Below, in pieces: positions 37,250-51,000 of a DNA stretch of 64,000 nucleotides (positions are counted from its first letter, which is position 1; every line of letters starts with the position of its first letter). A program made the translations under genes and the position numbers. Source of the DNA: Octopus vulgaris (taxonomy: Eukaryota). The notes beneath the pieces are model-generated. The model was given only the letters and a program-made list of their open reading frames with translations. It was not told where the DNA came from and searched no databases. Location: NCBI GenBank assembly GCA_951406725.2, contig OX597816.1:90458001-90522000 (forward strand). Reading direction: 5' to 3'.

Positions 37250-39760
37250 CAAAGGAGAATCGTGTATTACTGATGATTTTGTAACCTGTTCAGCAGTGGC
37301 TTGTATTATTTAATAAGCAGACTTTATTAATTCTTGTTTGGCCTGGGATATTGTCTGTACATTGACAGGGTATGAAGACAAGAAATTTGGGAAATTTGGT
37401 TTTCTTACATGTGTCTAGGTATTCACTTAATGGGATTTGTCTGGTTTGGGATCATGTATTTGTTGGTGATAAATATTTAATTCCATTCTTAATGTGAGTT
37501 TAGTTTTTCCAATGTAGTCTTTCCTGCATCCATTGCATTTGATGGCATATATTAAATTTTTTGAAGAGCTAGTAAAATGGATTTTCACAGTAAAAATTTA
37601 TTCTGATTTAAATTTGCAAGTTGTGTCCTAAGTTCCACAACCAGATTGGCCACACTTTGAAACTGTTGGAGTTGAGTCTGTAGTTGGTAGTTTCATATTG
37701 GTAAATAATGTATTTTAGAGACTTTGGCTGTCTTGCATTTGATTATTTTGTATGATTCAAGGGCCTTCTTCATTACTGGGTCTTGGCTTGATAATGATAT
37801 GTTCTGATGGATAATGCTGAATGTTTGTATGTTTCTTGGATTGTGTGTTGTAATTAAAAATAGTTTTTGTTGTATCTGTACTGTTTTTAGCTTCTTGTAA
37901 TTCTTCAATGTCTATTGCTTTGGTGTGTTCTATTTCATTCTCTATTAGAGTAGATGGGTAATTTCTTTCAAGTACTGCTTATTTTAATTCAAGGAGTCTT
38001 TTGTTCTGAACATTTGGATTGGAGACGATGTTCAGATTCTTATAGCTAGGTTGAATGGAATATTGGATTTGGTTTGTTTTGGGTGGTATGAATAAAATAG
38101 TAAGTACTGATTTGAGCCTGTTGGTTTATAATAGACATTAAATTCTATGTTCATATCATTCTTAATAATCAAAATATCTAAGAAGAGTAATAGGTTATAG
38201 CTAAAATCCATGATAAACTGAATACTGTTAATAATGCTTTAAGGTAGGAATTTGAAATTATTGAGTTCATCTAGGTTGTATGTTCACAGAATAAAGCAGT
38301 CATCTAAATATCATTTCCAGTTTTTCACCAGATAATTTTGGAAGTTGAACTGTACATTATTTTGGCATGTTCATACATCTGAACTTATAGCTATGCCATG
38401 ACTAAGTTGGCATATGTTTGGACAACTTTTGTATCCATTGCAGTTCCAGATATTTGTTGGTAGGTATTTTCCCTTGAAAATAAAGTTGTTTTGAAGGATG
38501 AATTGCAATCCCTCTGTGATGAATTGTAGATCAATTTGGTCTGAAGTTCATCAGAGAATTTTTTTAGCCAAAAGGCTATTGTTGCTAAAACTTATTAGTG
38601 TAGGATGACAGTATAAAGATTTATGACATCAAATGTAATGATTATAATATCGCTGTTAACTTTTTGTGGCAGATGGCTTAATAGTTCTTGGTCATCCCTT
38701 ATGAAACTTGGTATGAATTTTAAAAAAAGTTTTAGCAGTATGCCATGGAAGTTACTAAGTCTGAGTTTCACACGCTGAGCCTGCAAGGATATGTTTATGT
38801 AAACTGAGTGTGATTCTTTGCAGGCATCACTGTATTATTTTTGTGGATTTTGGGAAGTCTTTGAAGAAACTAGTTTTGGCTATAAAATTTGTTAGATAAT
38901 CAATTTCTTTATTAGTTAAGCCTTTTCTGTGTTGGTTTATGAGAGTTTTAAGTTTAGATATTTGTTTGTTGGTAGTTGTTTGCTATTTTATAGTGTGTGT
39001 AGAGTTAATGCGGTATTTTTGTATTGTTTCATATTCATAATAACTACAGCGCTTCTCTTATCAGCTTCTTTTATAACTATGTTATGAATGCTTTTTAGAT
39101 CATGTATAGTTTTCCATTCTGTTCGACTAGTATTGGACTTTGGTTTAGGAAGTGGAAGTTCATTGTTACGGAAGGTGGATATAAATTCAGAAAATTTGTC
39201 TACTGTTTTGTTTCTCCTTTTTGTATGGAGAATAAGTTATTACCCTTTGTATATCTGAATAAAGACTGTTCATGTCTAGGATGGTTTCTCCTGTCATAAT
39301 TACTATTTCTTCATGTATATTGGAATATCTGGTTTTGAATGGTGTTTTGTCATGGCGAAGAGGGATTTTGGAATCTTTTAGTGGGTTTATTTTGTTGTCT
39401 GGAGAATGTGGAATTGGTGCTGTTTCTTGCAAATCTTTGGTGGCTAAAATTCTTAATTTTTAATGTTTGTGAATAAAACTGATATGCTTTAATTTTCTTT
39501 AGAAATGGATTAGCATTATTTTCAGTTTGAAATTCTTTTTCACATCTGTTAAACCAAAAAGTGTAACTTTCCCAGCATCAAAAGATATGTTGATTGTTCA
39601 TTTAAATATTGTTCTTTCCAGAGTTTAACTGTATTTTCAAATAGAATGCCTTTGGTAGTGTTTTTTGAAATTTCCATTTTCATATGTTCACCAACAGATT
39701 TGATTTTTTTTCCTTCATTCATGCTAGTTCTGAGGTGCAATAGTTGAATTTCCATTTTTC
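37250..39760 (-). mobile_element. Penelope-like retroelement (Neptune-like), near full-length, degenerate
   Basis: Minus-strand motifs in order: IKEADKRSAVVIMN, ITFDVINLYT, QQISGTAM.TK..TYANLVM, WK*YLDDCFIL, VYYKPT.SNQYL..SYHP, a CG..GCG linker, and NLIYAIKCNGCRKDYIGKT (GIY-YIG). Confidence 0.9.
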
Positions 39761-39764
39761 TATA

Positions 39765-40655
39765 GTCATCCTTTCCAAAAGCTCCTTCAGCCTTTGGAAT
39801 GTCATCTTCACTGTCAAGTACTGACTTAAGCTACTCAAGCTGTTCACAATAGATCTCCTTTGTTATCGTTTGGTTTTGGTTTAACAGTTCAAAGTAGACT
39901 AAACCTTTCATATCCTGCCAAACAGATAATAACACCTTACATGGGTGAAGACCTTCTTTAGCCTGGGGTGCTGGTGTTTCTCCTTTCCCTACCCACTGTC
40001 TTTGGCACTTGAAATTTTTATAGAGAACCCATTTCTCATCACTGATCCAAACAAAGGTTCATTTGTGAGATGTGACAGCAAAGAAGAGCACACATTCACT
40101 CTCTGCATGGGATTAGACTCGGAAAGTTTGTAAGTAACCCATTGACTCAATTTGCTGGCTTTTTTTATTGCATGCAAGTGTTGATGAATGGTTGAATGAA
40201 CAAATCCAAGCTTTTCTCCTAGTTCCTCAACAGTTACAATGGGATTTTGTTCCATCAGAGTTTGCAGGACATCCTTGTTGAGCTCTACAGATCTTCCAGG
40301 ACGAGGCTTGTCTTTTGTAGTTTCTGGCTTGGAATTTCTGGAACCACTGTTGATACTGGCTTACGCTTATTGTCTTAACCCCATATACTGCATTAATATT
40401 CCTTGCACTTTCTGTTGTGTTGTTGCCTTTATTCAACTCCTAAAGCAAAATATGCCAAATATGCTCATTTGTCACTTCCATTATAGCTTTGAAAAAATAA
40501 CTGTTAAAATTGAATTGCACACTTCAAAACTTACACTACAAGGTAACATTACTACCTGCTTTTATAGCAAGTTAATGCAGATAGTTTATCCTGTCCCCCT
40601 CTAATTTTTGATTCATGCAATTGAAAAAATCGCATTATTTATGGGATGCCCCAAT
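39765..40655 (-). mobile_element. Truncated mariner element
   Basis: TIR-like end ttatgggatgccccaata (related to the 9492-10772 TIR). Remnants NKGNNTTESARNINAVYG, VTVEELGEKLGF and SQWV.YKLSESN...RVNVCSSLL. Confidence 0.85.
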
Positions 40656-41099
40656 ATTTGTTAATCAGGCATGTACCTTCCTAAATTATTCAAATTGAAG
40701 GTCTTTTTGTTAAAGTCTATCTTGCATTGTCTATATGTTGAAAGGAATACAGAAACACCTGCGTGTGCACACACACAACCCTGCCAAAATAACTATGTGT
40801 ATTATATATATGCATATAGCCTTTTTTGAAGTCTTTGTTGCATTGTGTTGACAGACTTGCACTTAAAATTCTCACATTTTAAATCAAAACTTGTTAGTTA
40901 CTGAGGTGACAACACTACCTATTTAGCTATCTTTCACACACACACACACACATTCTCTCTCTCTGTCACTGTATTTCTCTCTCTACAGCTTTTTTGTCTC
41001 TCCTTTCCTCTCTCTCACTGTATTTATCTCTCAACAACTTTTACACCTCCCCTTCTCTCTCTACACACAGATGTTATGAACAGATAGATGGAGATCAGT

Positions 41100-42925
41100 T
41101 TCTCTTTTATAATATTATTATTATAAGTAATATAGTTATTAGTATTAGTAGTAATGTTGATGCTAATATTTGAGTAATTTCTAGGTAAGTTTTTACTTTT
41201 GCTTCTAATTTTATTTTTTATTTCAGTCACATTATTATTACAAGGCAGTTGTAGCAAGAGATGCTATTATTATTGTTAGAAAAGTTGATGTTAGAATTAG
41301 TCATAATAACACAAAATGTTATTATTAAAATTATTATATCCAGGGTTTTAAGAACCTAGTTCAGTTTTCATCTGTTAGAAGCTGCAATTATAGATTCAAG
41401 ATTGTGTATAGTAGTGAAAGGCAACTGTATAGTGGAAGTATCAAATATGGAGTGGTACTGAAGCTGAAGTGGGATATTAGACTTTAGAATATTAAAGAAA
41501 AGCTTTGGTTAGATTTATTCAGAAAATAAGATGGAGGTAGGTGTAAAGCATAGAACTACCTTCTGCTCCTGCTACGTCATCCAAGACATTTTAGTTGGGT
41601 AGAATCATTATTCATAAGATGAGTTTTGGGCTCATCTGTGCCATTGTTTTTTGAGACAATCTTGGGCAATACCAGGGACATACAATTAGTATTAGAATTA
41701 TACTTTGAAAGAAAGGGGTGTATTTCATGGAGAACTCTATGACAGTGAAAATCAGAAGTATACTTATTGTCCATAGAAATAGGATAATATTGGATTTATT
41801 CAATAAATCCAATAATACTAATTTTAAGGACAACACTTATTGTCTTTAGTATTATTGGAGATTTCTGTAGAAGTAGAATTTTGAGTTTAGGATTAAGGAT
41901 GTCAGATATTTTATCAGAGAAACAACTAGTTAGCAGGGACTTATAGTAAGGTGTGTGATTATTAGCCAGTGACATGTAAAAGCACCTGTACCAGTGACAC
42001 ATGGTAGCACCTGTGTCAGTGACACGTGGTAGCATCCATACTGGTGACACATAAAAGCACCTGTTCTGGTGACATGGAAAGGGCACCTACTACACTTTTG
42101 GAGTTGTTGGTGTTAGGCATCCAGCTGTAGAAACCAAGCCACAATCAGACTGGAACAGCTCTTTGGCTTACCAGTTCCAGTCAAACTGTCTAACCCATGC
42201 CAGCATGGAAAATGGATGTTAAATGATGATCTTCATTTGCAGATAGGCTGGGAATTCTAATGGAAACACTATAAATCTATAGTGGTTAAATTTAACATTA
42301 CTATACTGGAAACATTCATTAGTTTTATGAAAGGGAAAATATAAGCCTGAGTTTAAATCTAAAGTAATATCTATGAAATTAGCTATATCAAACTATTATG
42401 TAAGGTATAAATTGAAATTGTGGAAAAATTTATGTAGAGCTTTGTAGATAGGTTGAAGATCAGATTTGGAATAATTGGTAGCAATGAGCAAATTACTGTC
42501 TCTAGGCCACCTTCAATTTTAGGAAAATGTGTTAGCAGTTAGTATACAAAAAAAAATAAGCTAAATGGGTCAGTGACTTGCCTGGAATCAGAAGAATTTA
42601 GTAGTGAATGATCGACACTAGAATTTATTATTGAAAAAAAAAAGAGTTTTTCTAGTCATTAGTATCACAGAGTGAATATGTTAGTTTCCTAGCTTTATTC
42701 AGTAAAATATGGGATATAGAAGAATAATAGTTTTTAATACTGAGTATTGCCTTTATTAGGAACCAAATTGTCTCAGCAGTATTACCTCAAAGATTAAGCT
42801 TGTCTTTAACAACAGGGATAATTCTATTCAAAATAGGTTTACTAATATATCTGAGGCTGGATTTAGTGGGGCAGATAAGTTTGATTGAAGGTTTAATGAG
42901 GAAATCAGCCTTGTGACAGGGTCAT
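41100..42925 (-). mobile_element. Highly degenerate Penelope-like RT (third lineage), interrupted by a repeat at 41960-42230
   Basis: Minus-strand remnants HKADF..KPSIKLICPTKS.L.YISKPILNR, YYSSISHILLNKA, GGL.RD, ANFIDITLDLNSGLYFPFHK.N and YHSIFDTSTIQL...NLESII..SN. These match PLE motifs such as CRLINP.KS, FYPSI, GLYRDD and NFLDVTLDL..G.Y.PY.KPN. Confidence 0.6.
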
Positions 42926-42929
42926 AGGC

Positions 42930-44110
42930 TGTGAAGAGTAATGCTAGAACTGTGAAGTCTTGCATGCATTAATTTCAACTCTCTGTTAATAACTGCATTG
43001 TTTCTTTCCAGCTAAACTGACATATGACTGTTCAAAGAAAACTTCAAAAGTAACTAGAAGTGACTGCTCTTGAAAATGGGCAAATTTGGTATTGTGGTGT
43101 TATCAAGTACCTGCAGAAAAAGGGTTTGCCCCTAAGGATATTCATGCTAACATGCTTGCTATATTATGGGATGATACTCCAGCTTTATCAACAGTGTAAA
43201 AGTAGGCAACTGAATTTAGGAAGAGGAAGAGAGAGTCATGAAGATGACCCAAGGCCTGAATGTCCTGCAACTGCCATCACCAAGGAAAACTTTGATCATG
43301 TTGACCACATGATGATAGACGACAGGCAGTTGACTAAAAGTCAAATAGCCAGTGCTATTAGCATATCTCGTGAGAGAGCTGAGAATATTCTGCACATTGC
43401 AGGTCTCACATCTTCTGACATCTGATCAAAAGCGCACCAGGCTGATATTATCACAGGAAAATTTGACATTGTTTGAGGTAGCTCCAGCTAGTTTTCTTGA
43501 ATGTTTCCTAAGCCAGGATGAGTGTTGGGTTCATCACTTTGAACCAGAGACAAAAAGACAATCCAAGCAATGGAAACACCCCTCCTCATCTGCTCCAAAC
43601 AAGGCTAAGGTCATTTCATCAGCAGGGAAGGTAATTGCCTCAGTTTTTTGGGATGCAAAAGGCATTGTGTTTATTGACTATCTTCTAAAAGGCTTCACCA
43701 TCAATAGGGTGTACTATGCCAACTTGCTGAAGTATTCATGAAAGGCTATGAAGATCAAAACCTGAAAGAACTGAGAGAAGAGGTCTTTTTTCTTCAGGAC
43801 AAAGCTCCAGCACACAAGTCATTGGTTTAAATCGTTGTTGTGGATGACTGTGGCTTTGAACTGGCTGATCAGCCTCTTTATTCTCTTAATTTGGCCCCAT
43901 CTGGCTATCATCTGTTTCCCAACATGAAAAAAACACATGGCTGGGAACCAATATTGCAGCGACGATGACATCATATCTGCTGTTAATGACTTTTTTGAAC
44001 AACAGGAAGAAAGAAGTGTGTGGACCGCAAGGGGGACTATGTTGACCACAGTTGGTCTCACTCCATGAAAGTATCTTGGTCAGCCTATGAACTTTTCAGT
44101 CAATTACCTC
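42930..44110 (+). mobile_element. Mariner (irritans-like) transposase pseudogene
   Basis: GVIKYLQKKG, EDDPRP..PATA, QDECWVHHFEPETKRQSKQWKH...KAK...SAGKVIASVFWDAKG, QDKAPAH and YSLNLAPSGYHLF. The left end is poorly defined. Confidence 0.9.
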
Positions 44111-46059
44111 TCTCTCTCTTCCGAGCTCTATACGGTTTTACATAATTTTCTTCAAAACTTTTCTTCTTACTAAATCAGCACCAAGAGATGCATACTCACT
44201 CTTAGAGAGAGCATGCATAAGTCTCAATGGAAAAAAAAGGGGCAAATATTTAGGTTAATTTGTAAAATGATGTTGATGACTATGAAATTGAAATATGGAC
44301 ACATAAAAAGGTTTGCTTTTTGTTCAACCTACTCACCATATGTCAATAATTTGCTTTCTTTTTAAACTAGGAGAAGCAATTATTCAAACTTTTTTACTGT
44401 AATTCTGTTACACTTGTTACACTTCAAAATTTCTTCTAAAATAAAGTTCCACAAACTAGTATTATTTTAAAAAATAGCTTTAATGTCAAAAAATTAAAAG
44501 TTGTACAAAGGTATTAACAATTTATAAAAATATAAACAAAATATGTTGTATGTCAGTATAGATAGAATAATAGTTTATTAGATTTGTATACTGTTAGAGG
44601 ATTTGGCTTTTATAGTTTATTGCTGGCCAATGAAGTAATAAAATGAAAATATTCAATATTAACTAGATAGACATGCAATGTAATGTGTCTTTCATAGAAG
44701 TACATCACGGTTAGTGTAGTAACGTTTGAATTCATGACCAGTAGCTTATTATGAGTTAGTATAACAAGAATTGACATAGCCTAAATAAAAGTAAACACAA
44801 TCACATTATATCAAACAAGTATTTGGATTTCTCTTGATCTTCTCTCACTTGTTCCATGCCACCACTAACTTTCTACTCATAATTCTTTTCATTAAACACA
44901 GGCATGGCTGTGAGGTTAAGAAGTTTACTTCCCAACTATGTGGCTTCTGTTTCAGTTCCACTGCATGGCATTTTGGGCAACTGTCTTCCATTATAACCTT
45001 GATTTTATGAGAAGATTTAGTTGGTGGAAATTGAAAGAAGCTTGTTGTGTGTGTGTGCACACGCACACTTGTATGTGTATCTGAAAAAATCACTGATCTA
45101 CATGCAGGGATCTCATCATTTCCCCTGTTAACAAATCATTATTGGTTTCATACCATTCAAGATGTGTAGAATAAGAGGTCCCTGACTTAAAAAAAAATGT
45201 AAGGGTACTTATTCTATTGGTCTTTTTTGCTGAACTGCTAAGTTTCAGGGACATAAACACACCAACATCAGTTGTCAAGCAATGGTGGGGGTATACATAT
45301 ATATATACACAATGAGCTTCTTTCAGTTTTCATATACCAAATCCATTCACAAGGTTTTGGTTGGCCTGAAGCTATAGTAGAAGACCCTTGTCCAAGGTGC
45401 CACTCAGTGGGACTGAACCCAGAACTATGTGGTTGGGAAGCAAGCTTCTTACCACACGGCCATGCCTGCCCCTAAATGTACAGGCTATATTTTTTTTTGC
45501 TTATGGGAAAATAAGAGTGAATTTTATAGTCTTAAGTCTATAAAACTGTGCATAAAGTATATAAAGTGAATGAAGTAATCATCTTATTTCAATTTCTTTC
45601 ACTTTTCAATGAGTAGCAGATGAGCAACTATCTTTCCATACAGACACAACACGGGCTTTGCTTTCAGGTTTTTTGGATAAAGTTTTCAGAAATAACCCAA
45701 TAGGTTTACCATTAATTCCGTTAAATATTCATGGGTCCCAATAGTTCTTATCAACATAGTTATAATTCGTAATAATATTCTAAGCTATAATGTTTATAAG
45801 AAGCTAAACATGATGACTTTACTAATAGAGATGAAAAATCACTTTATAACATTGATATCCTGAATATGATTATATAGTCTTCATTTTTATCACAGCTTTT
45901 CTTGTTTTCCCACTCGATTTTCTTTGGTACAGTTTGACTTGTGCTAGATACTCTATTTGAAAATGAAACCTTCAAATAGTACCTCTATAAATAATGAATT
46001 ATAAAAGAAACACCACTATAGGAAAAAAAAAAAGATAATTTTTTTCTTGAGTTAACAGG

Positions 46060-46660
46060 AAGGCAGTGACATGACAGAATCATTAGCACACCAAGCAAAA
46101 TGCTTAGTGACATTTCATCTGTCATTACACTCTGATTTCAAATTCTTATTTCTTTATTGCCCACAAGGGGCTAAACATAGAGGGGACAAACAAGGACAGA
46201 CAAAGGAATTAAGTTGATTACATCGACCCCAGTGTATAATTGCTACTTAATTTATCAACTCCGAAAGGATCAAAGGCAAAGTCGACCTTGGTGGCATTTG
46301 AACTCTGAACATAAAGACAGATGAAATACCTATTTCTTTACTACCCACAAGAGGCTAAACACAGAGAGGACAAACAAGGACAGACAAACGAATTAAGTCG
46401 ATTATATCGACCCCAGTGCATAACTGGTACTTATTTAATTGACCTCGGCGGAATTTGAACTCAGAATGTAGCAGCAGACGAAATACCGCTCAGCATTTCG
46501 CCCGGTGTGCTAACACTTCTGCCAGCTCACCACCTTTTTTCAAATTCTGCCCAGAGATTGACTTTGCTTTTCATCTTTTTGGGATTGATAAAATAAGTAC
46601 CAGTTGAACACCGGGGTTGATGTAATCAACTTAATCCCTCCCCACGAAATTGCTGGCCTT
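46060..46660. mobile_element. Nested SINEs: antisense SINE dimer inserted into a sense copy of the same family
   Basis: Sense head 46060-46146, two antisense units (~46147-46330 and ~46331-46535), then the sense remainder from 46538. The TSD tttcaaattct occurs at 46136-46146 and 46538-46548. Confidence 0.8.
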
Positions 46661-46777
46661 ACAATATGGACATTTCTCCATGTTTCCATTGTATTTCCTA
46701 GGTTTCACCACCAGGTATTTCTTATAAAGTGTGTGTGTGTGACAGATACCATGCACTTTTGGCTAATGTTTGTGTGT

Positions 46778-47319
46778 GCATGTGTTTGTGCATATCCTTG
46801 TCTTGACATCACCTAATGATTATGAATGAGCATCCTATCATACAATGAGAATCAGGTTGTGAGCATTTCCAGTCTTCCATAAAAAAATATGTCCAACAAT
46901 GGGAAATACTACTTTGTTTGGTAACAGGTGAGGTTTGGTGGCAGGAAGGGCATCTGGCCTTAGAAAATCTGCCTCAATGAATTCAGTCTGGTCCAAGCAA
47001 ACCTGGAACAGTGGCAGTTAAATGATGATTCTGCTTTAAGCACCTTGATACATGTGTTTGTGCATATCCTTGTCTTGACATCACCTAATGATTGTGAATG
47101 AGCATCCTATCATACAAGTGGTGTTGCTCATTTCCAGTCTTCCATAAAAAAATATGTCCAACAATGGGAAATACTACTTTGTTTGGTAACAGGTGAGGTT
47201 TGGTGGCAGGAAGGGCATCTGGCCTTAGAAAATCTGCCTCAATGAATTCAGTCTGGTCCAAGCAAACCTGGAACAGTGGCAGTTAAATGATGATTCTGCT
47301 TTAAGCACCTTGATACATG
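46778..47319. repeat. Tandem duplication (~270 bp x2), followed by a ~72-bp duplication at 47331-47483
   Basis: Near-identical catgtgtttgtgcatatccttg...gcaccttgatacatg units. aaatttataaactctttgc...gtgtgaaa is also repeated. Confidence 0.9.
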
Positions 47320-47985
47320 GCTTGAACATGAAATTTATAAACTCTTTGCAAACATACCAGATCTAAACTAATTTATAACAAAATGTTTATCTTGTGTGAA
47401 AATAGAGACACAAAATTTATAAACTCTTTGCAAACATACCAGATCTAAACTAATTTACAACAAAATGTTTATCTTGTGTGAAATGAAGATATTTTAATTT
47501 TTTGAGGTTAAAAAGGAATATAAAAATATGGGAAATTTAGATTAAAAAGCAAATTAATTTCATAACAGTTTTTAAATCTTTAAAGTGCAAGTGGAAGTTT
47601 ACATGTCCATCTTTTATACACCATTACTGAAGCAAAAAAATAAGCATTTCATTTCAAGATATTCCAGCAAATTGTTGGTAGTGCTTAGTTCCAAGACAGC
47701 CTTGAGTGATAAAGCTGACATATGATTAAAAGACTTCCAGACATGACCATCCTGTCTTTCAGGCATTGTGTACACTGGATTACATTGTCCAGTATATCAT
47801 TTTTTTAAAAAATGAGTCATGTAAAAGAAATTTCACTGCTATTTCCAGTAGATCACACAGAGGTGCACCTGTTTTTGGTTCCTTGGTGGAAGGAGTTGCA
47901 GAAGGTGTAAAGAGGGATGAAATAATTGGATTACACCTGAAAATTCTTCAAAAGAGACTTGTCACCTTTCTTAATTGACGTGGTT

Positions 47986-48008
47986 TCATTTTTCTGTAAG
48001 CTCTCTCT
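47986..48008 (-). CDS. EIF2AK1: Candidate terminal coding exon of the HRI-like kinase
   Basis: Acceptor ctttcattcatttcag. The phase-1 join gives (E)RELTEK*. Too short to confirm without cDNA. Confidence 0.4.
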
Positions 48009-51000
48009 CTGAAATGAATGAAAGACAATACATATTTGATGTTAATGTTATAAATACAGAATATGCATCTATAAAATTAATTTAGATTGAAATGGTTTTA
48101 ACTATTACTCCATATGATTAAAATGTTTTAACAAGAGTATGAGTTAAGCATGAAGTAAAATGATGATTTTTAGAGTTTAATTCAATATTATATTCATGAA
48201 GCTTCAAATTCTGAATGATATGTAAGACTTAACATTATGATCAACAAAATAATCATTGTTTTTACTAAGTAAGGTATGAAATCTTAAGATTTTATGAGAA
48301 ATCAATGAGAATTTTTGTGCTTTATGCCTTTCTCCAAAGTATTAGCAATACAAATGAAAAGAAATGGCTCCAATTTATAGAATGCATCACCATTTAATGT
48401 CTGTGTCTGTTGTCCATGCTGGCATGGGTTGGACAGTTTGATTGGGTTGGTATGCCGGAGGCTGCACCAGGCTCCAGTCTGATTTGGCATGGTTTTCTAT
48501 GGCTGGATGCCCTTCCTAACACCAACCACTCTGAGAGTGTAACAGGTGCTTTTACATGCCACTGCATGGGTGCTATTTGCATGACACCAGTATCTGTCAT
48601 GGCTGCGATTTTGCTCAGCTTGATGGGTCTTCTCAAGCATGACATAATGTCAAAGGTCTTGGTCATTGCCTCTGTGAGGCCCAACACTCAAAAGGAGCTC
48701 GACCATTTTGCCACCATGAGGCCCCTTGCTCAAAAGGAACTCAGCCACCTCGCCTCTGTGAGACCTGCTTAAAAGGAACTCAGCCATCTTGCTTCTGTGA
48801 GGCCCAACACTTGAAAGAACTCAACCACTTTGCCTTCATGAGGCCCAATGCTCAAAAGGAACTCAACCATAACTGGAAAAAGAAAATTAGAATTATTTAT
48901 CCCAATAACCCTAGATATTTAAGAAAGAAATAGAGATCTTACCTTCATAACTATGTAATTTTAATTCTAATTCTTTTAATTTGTTTTTTAGACAGGCAAT
49001 CTCTTTCTTTTGCTCTCTGATAATATCCTAACAACAGGAACAAGAAAAAATAAAATAAGTAAGCAATTATACAAATGAAAATTTGAAAATTACACTTCAG
49101 ACTATATTAGGGTTATACGAGATGATATCAAGAGGTTTTCAGGCTAATAAAAAATAACTTATTTACCTAAGTTTTAACATCATTCCTTCAAAAGAGTCTC
49201 CTTGCACAGCAATACACTAGTCCCAGCATTCCTGCTAGTTTTGGAATCCAGCCTGAAAGTTGGTTTCCATAAGTGAGTAAAGAACCTTCTGCGATTCACT
49301 CTGGATCTCGACAATGGTGTTAAAATGGTAACCTCTGAGCTGCCTTTTCATCTCGGAGAAAAGATAAAAGACCGCAGGTGCTAAATCTGGTGAATAGTGC
49401 AAGTGTAGCAGGGATACTATTTTGTTTTTGGTGAGAAACTCAGGAGTGATGAGAGCTTGGTGACAGGGAGCATTGTTGTGAAGAATCCAAGTCTTCACAC
49501 TCCACAGATCTGGTTACTTTCACTGAATGTCCTCCCTCAAACACTTCGAAACATCACAGTAGAACACTTGATTGGTAATTTAGCCTTGGGGGATGAATTC
49601 TTGATGCACAATACCACATTTCCAGGGGTGATGCTCATGGCGGTCCTTCTAGATCACTCATCATCTTTTAGAGACATTCTTCTGCTTTTGAGGCATCCGT
49701 GCCACTTGAAACATTGCATATGACCCATTGCCTCATTGCTGTAAGCTTGCCAAAGCATGTTCAAAGTCTCTGTAGCAGACTTCCCAAATTTAATGCAAAA
49801 TTGCAGACTACTACATACACATGATCACAAAAACACAAATTTCACAACTTGCAAAGTAAACACAGCAATGTCACTTGGTACACTGCCTCATGAAGGTCAC
49901 TGCTAGCTCTCACCACACATGCAATTGTGTACTACTATCTGTTGGTATTCTACAGAAGTAATCCAGGAACATTTTGATACCAACTTCATATATGTCTGCC
50001 ACAAGAATATTTGGTAGTCCCAAAACTCAGAAATTGAACCCAGATCATTGTATCAAATGCAAAATCAATTAAACAACACAAAGTGATTTGCTCAATTATT
50101 GATGATATAACTAAAAAATCGCCCATTTAGATGTTTGGTAAAACACGGTCTTAATTTCATCTTTGGCACACTTTTTCTGATAAGGACACCAGACATATAT
50201 TTAGTGTGTTTTAGCCACTAGCCAGCAGAACCCGTAAGCAGCAGTGACACATGCTTAGCTATAGCATCTCAGCCAATGGATGGTGACAGTGATGATGATG
50301 ACACAGCTAAACCAACAAGCTGCTAAAATCACATGATGATAGGTGCTGTTGTTTTTGACTGCAACATCTCATACAAACTTTGATGCACAATACCACATTT
50401 CCAGGGGTGATGCTCATGGTGATCCTTCTAGATCACTCATCATCTTTTAGAGACATTCTTCTGCTTTTGAGGCATCTGTGCCACTTGAAACATTGCATAT
50501 GACCCATTGCCTCATTGCTGTAAGCTTGCCAAAGCATGTTCAAAGTCTCTGTAGCAGACTTCCCAAATTTAATGCAAAATTGCAGACTACTACATACACA
50601 TGATCACAAAAACACAGCAATGTCACTTGGTACACTGCCTCATGAAGGTCACTGCTAGCTCTCACCACACATGCAATTGTGTACTACTATCTGTTGGTAT
50701 TCTACAGAAGTAATCCAGGAACATTTTGATACCAACTTCATATATGTCTGCCACAAGAATATTTGGTAGTCCCAAAACACTCAGAAATTGAACCTAGATC
50801 ATTGTATCAAATACAAAATCAATTAAACAACACAAAGTGATTTGCTCAATTATTGATGATATAACTAAAAAATCACCCATTTAGATGTTTGGTAAAACAC
50901 GGTCTTAATTTCATCTTTGGCACACTTTTTCTGATAAGGACACCAGACATATATTTAGTGTGTTTTAGCCACTAGCCAGCAGAACCCATAAGCAGCAGTG

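Noticed and set aside
45600-45985. Minus-strand open stretches with a possible acceptor near 45985 as extra kinase exons
   Set aside because: A phase-1 join stops after a few codons, and no homology is recognisable. It may be 3' UTR.
48660-48870. Regularly spaced ~37-bp repeats resembling a CRISPR array
   Set aside because: The units are contiguous degenerate tandem copies with no unique spacers, inside a retroelement-derived repeat in a eukaryotic locus with no cas genes.
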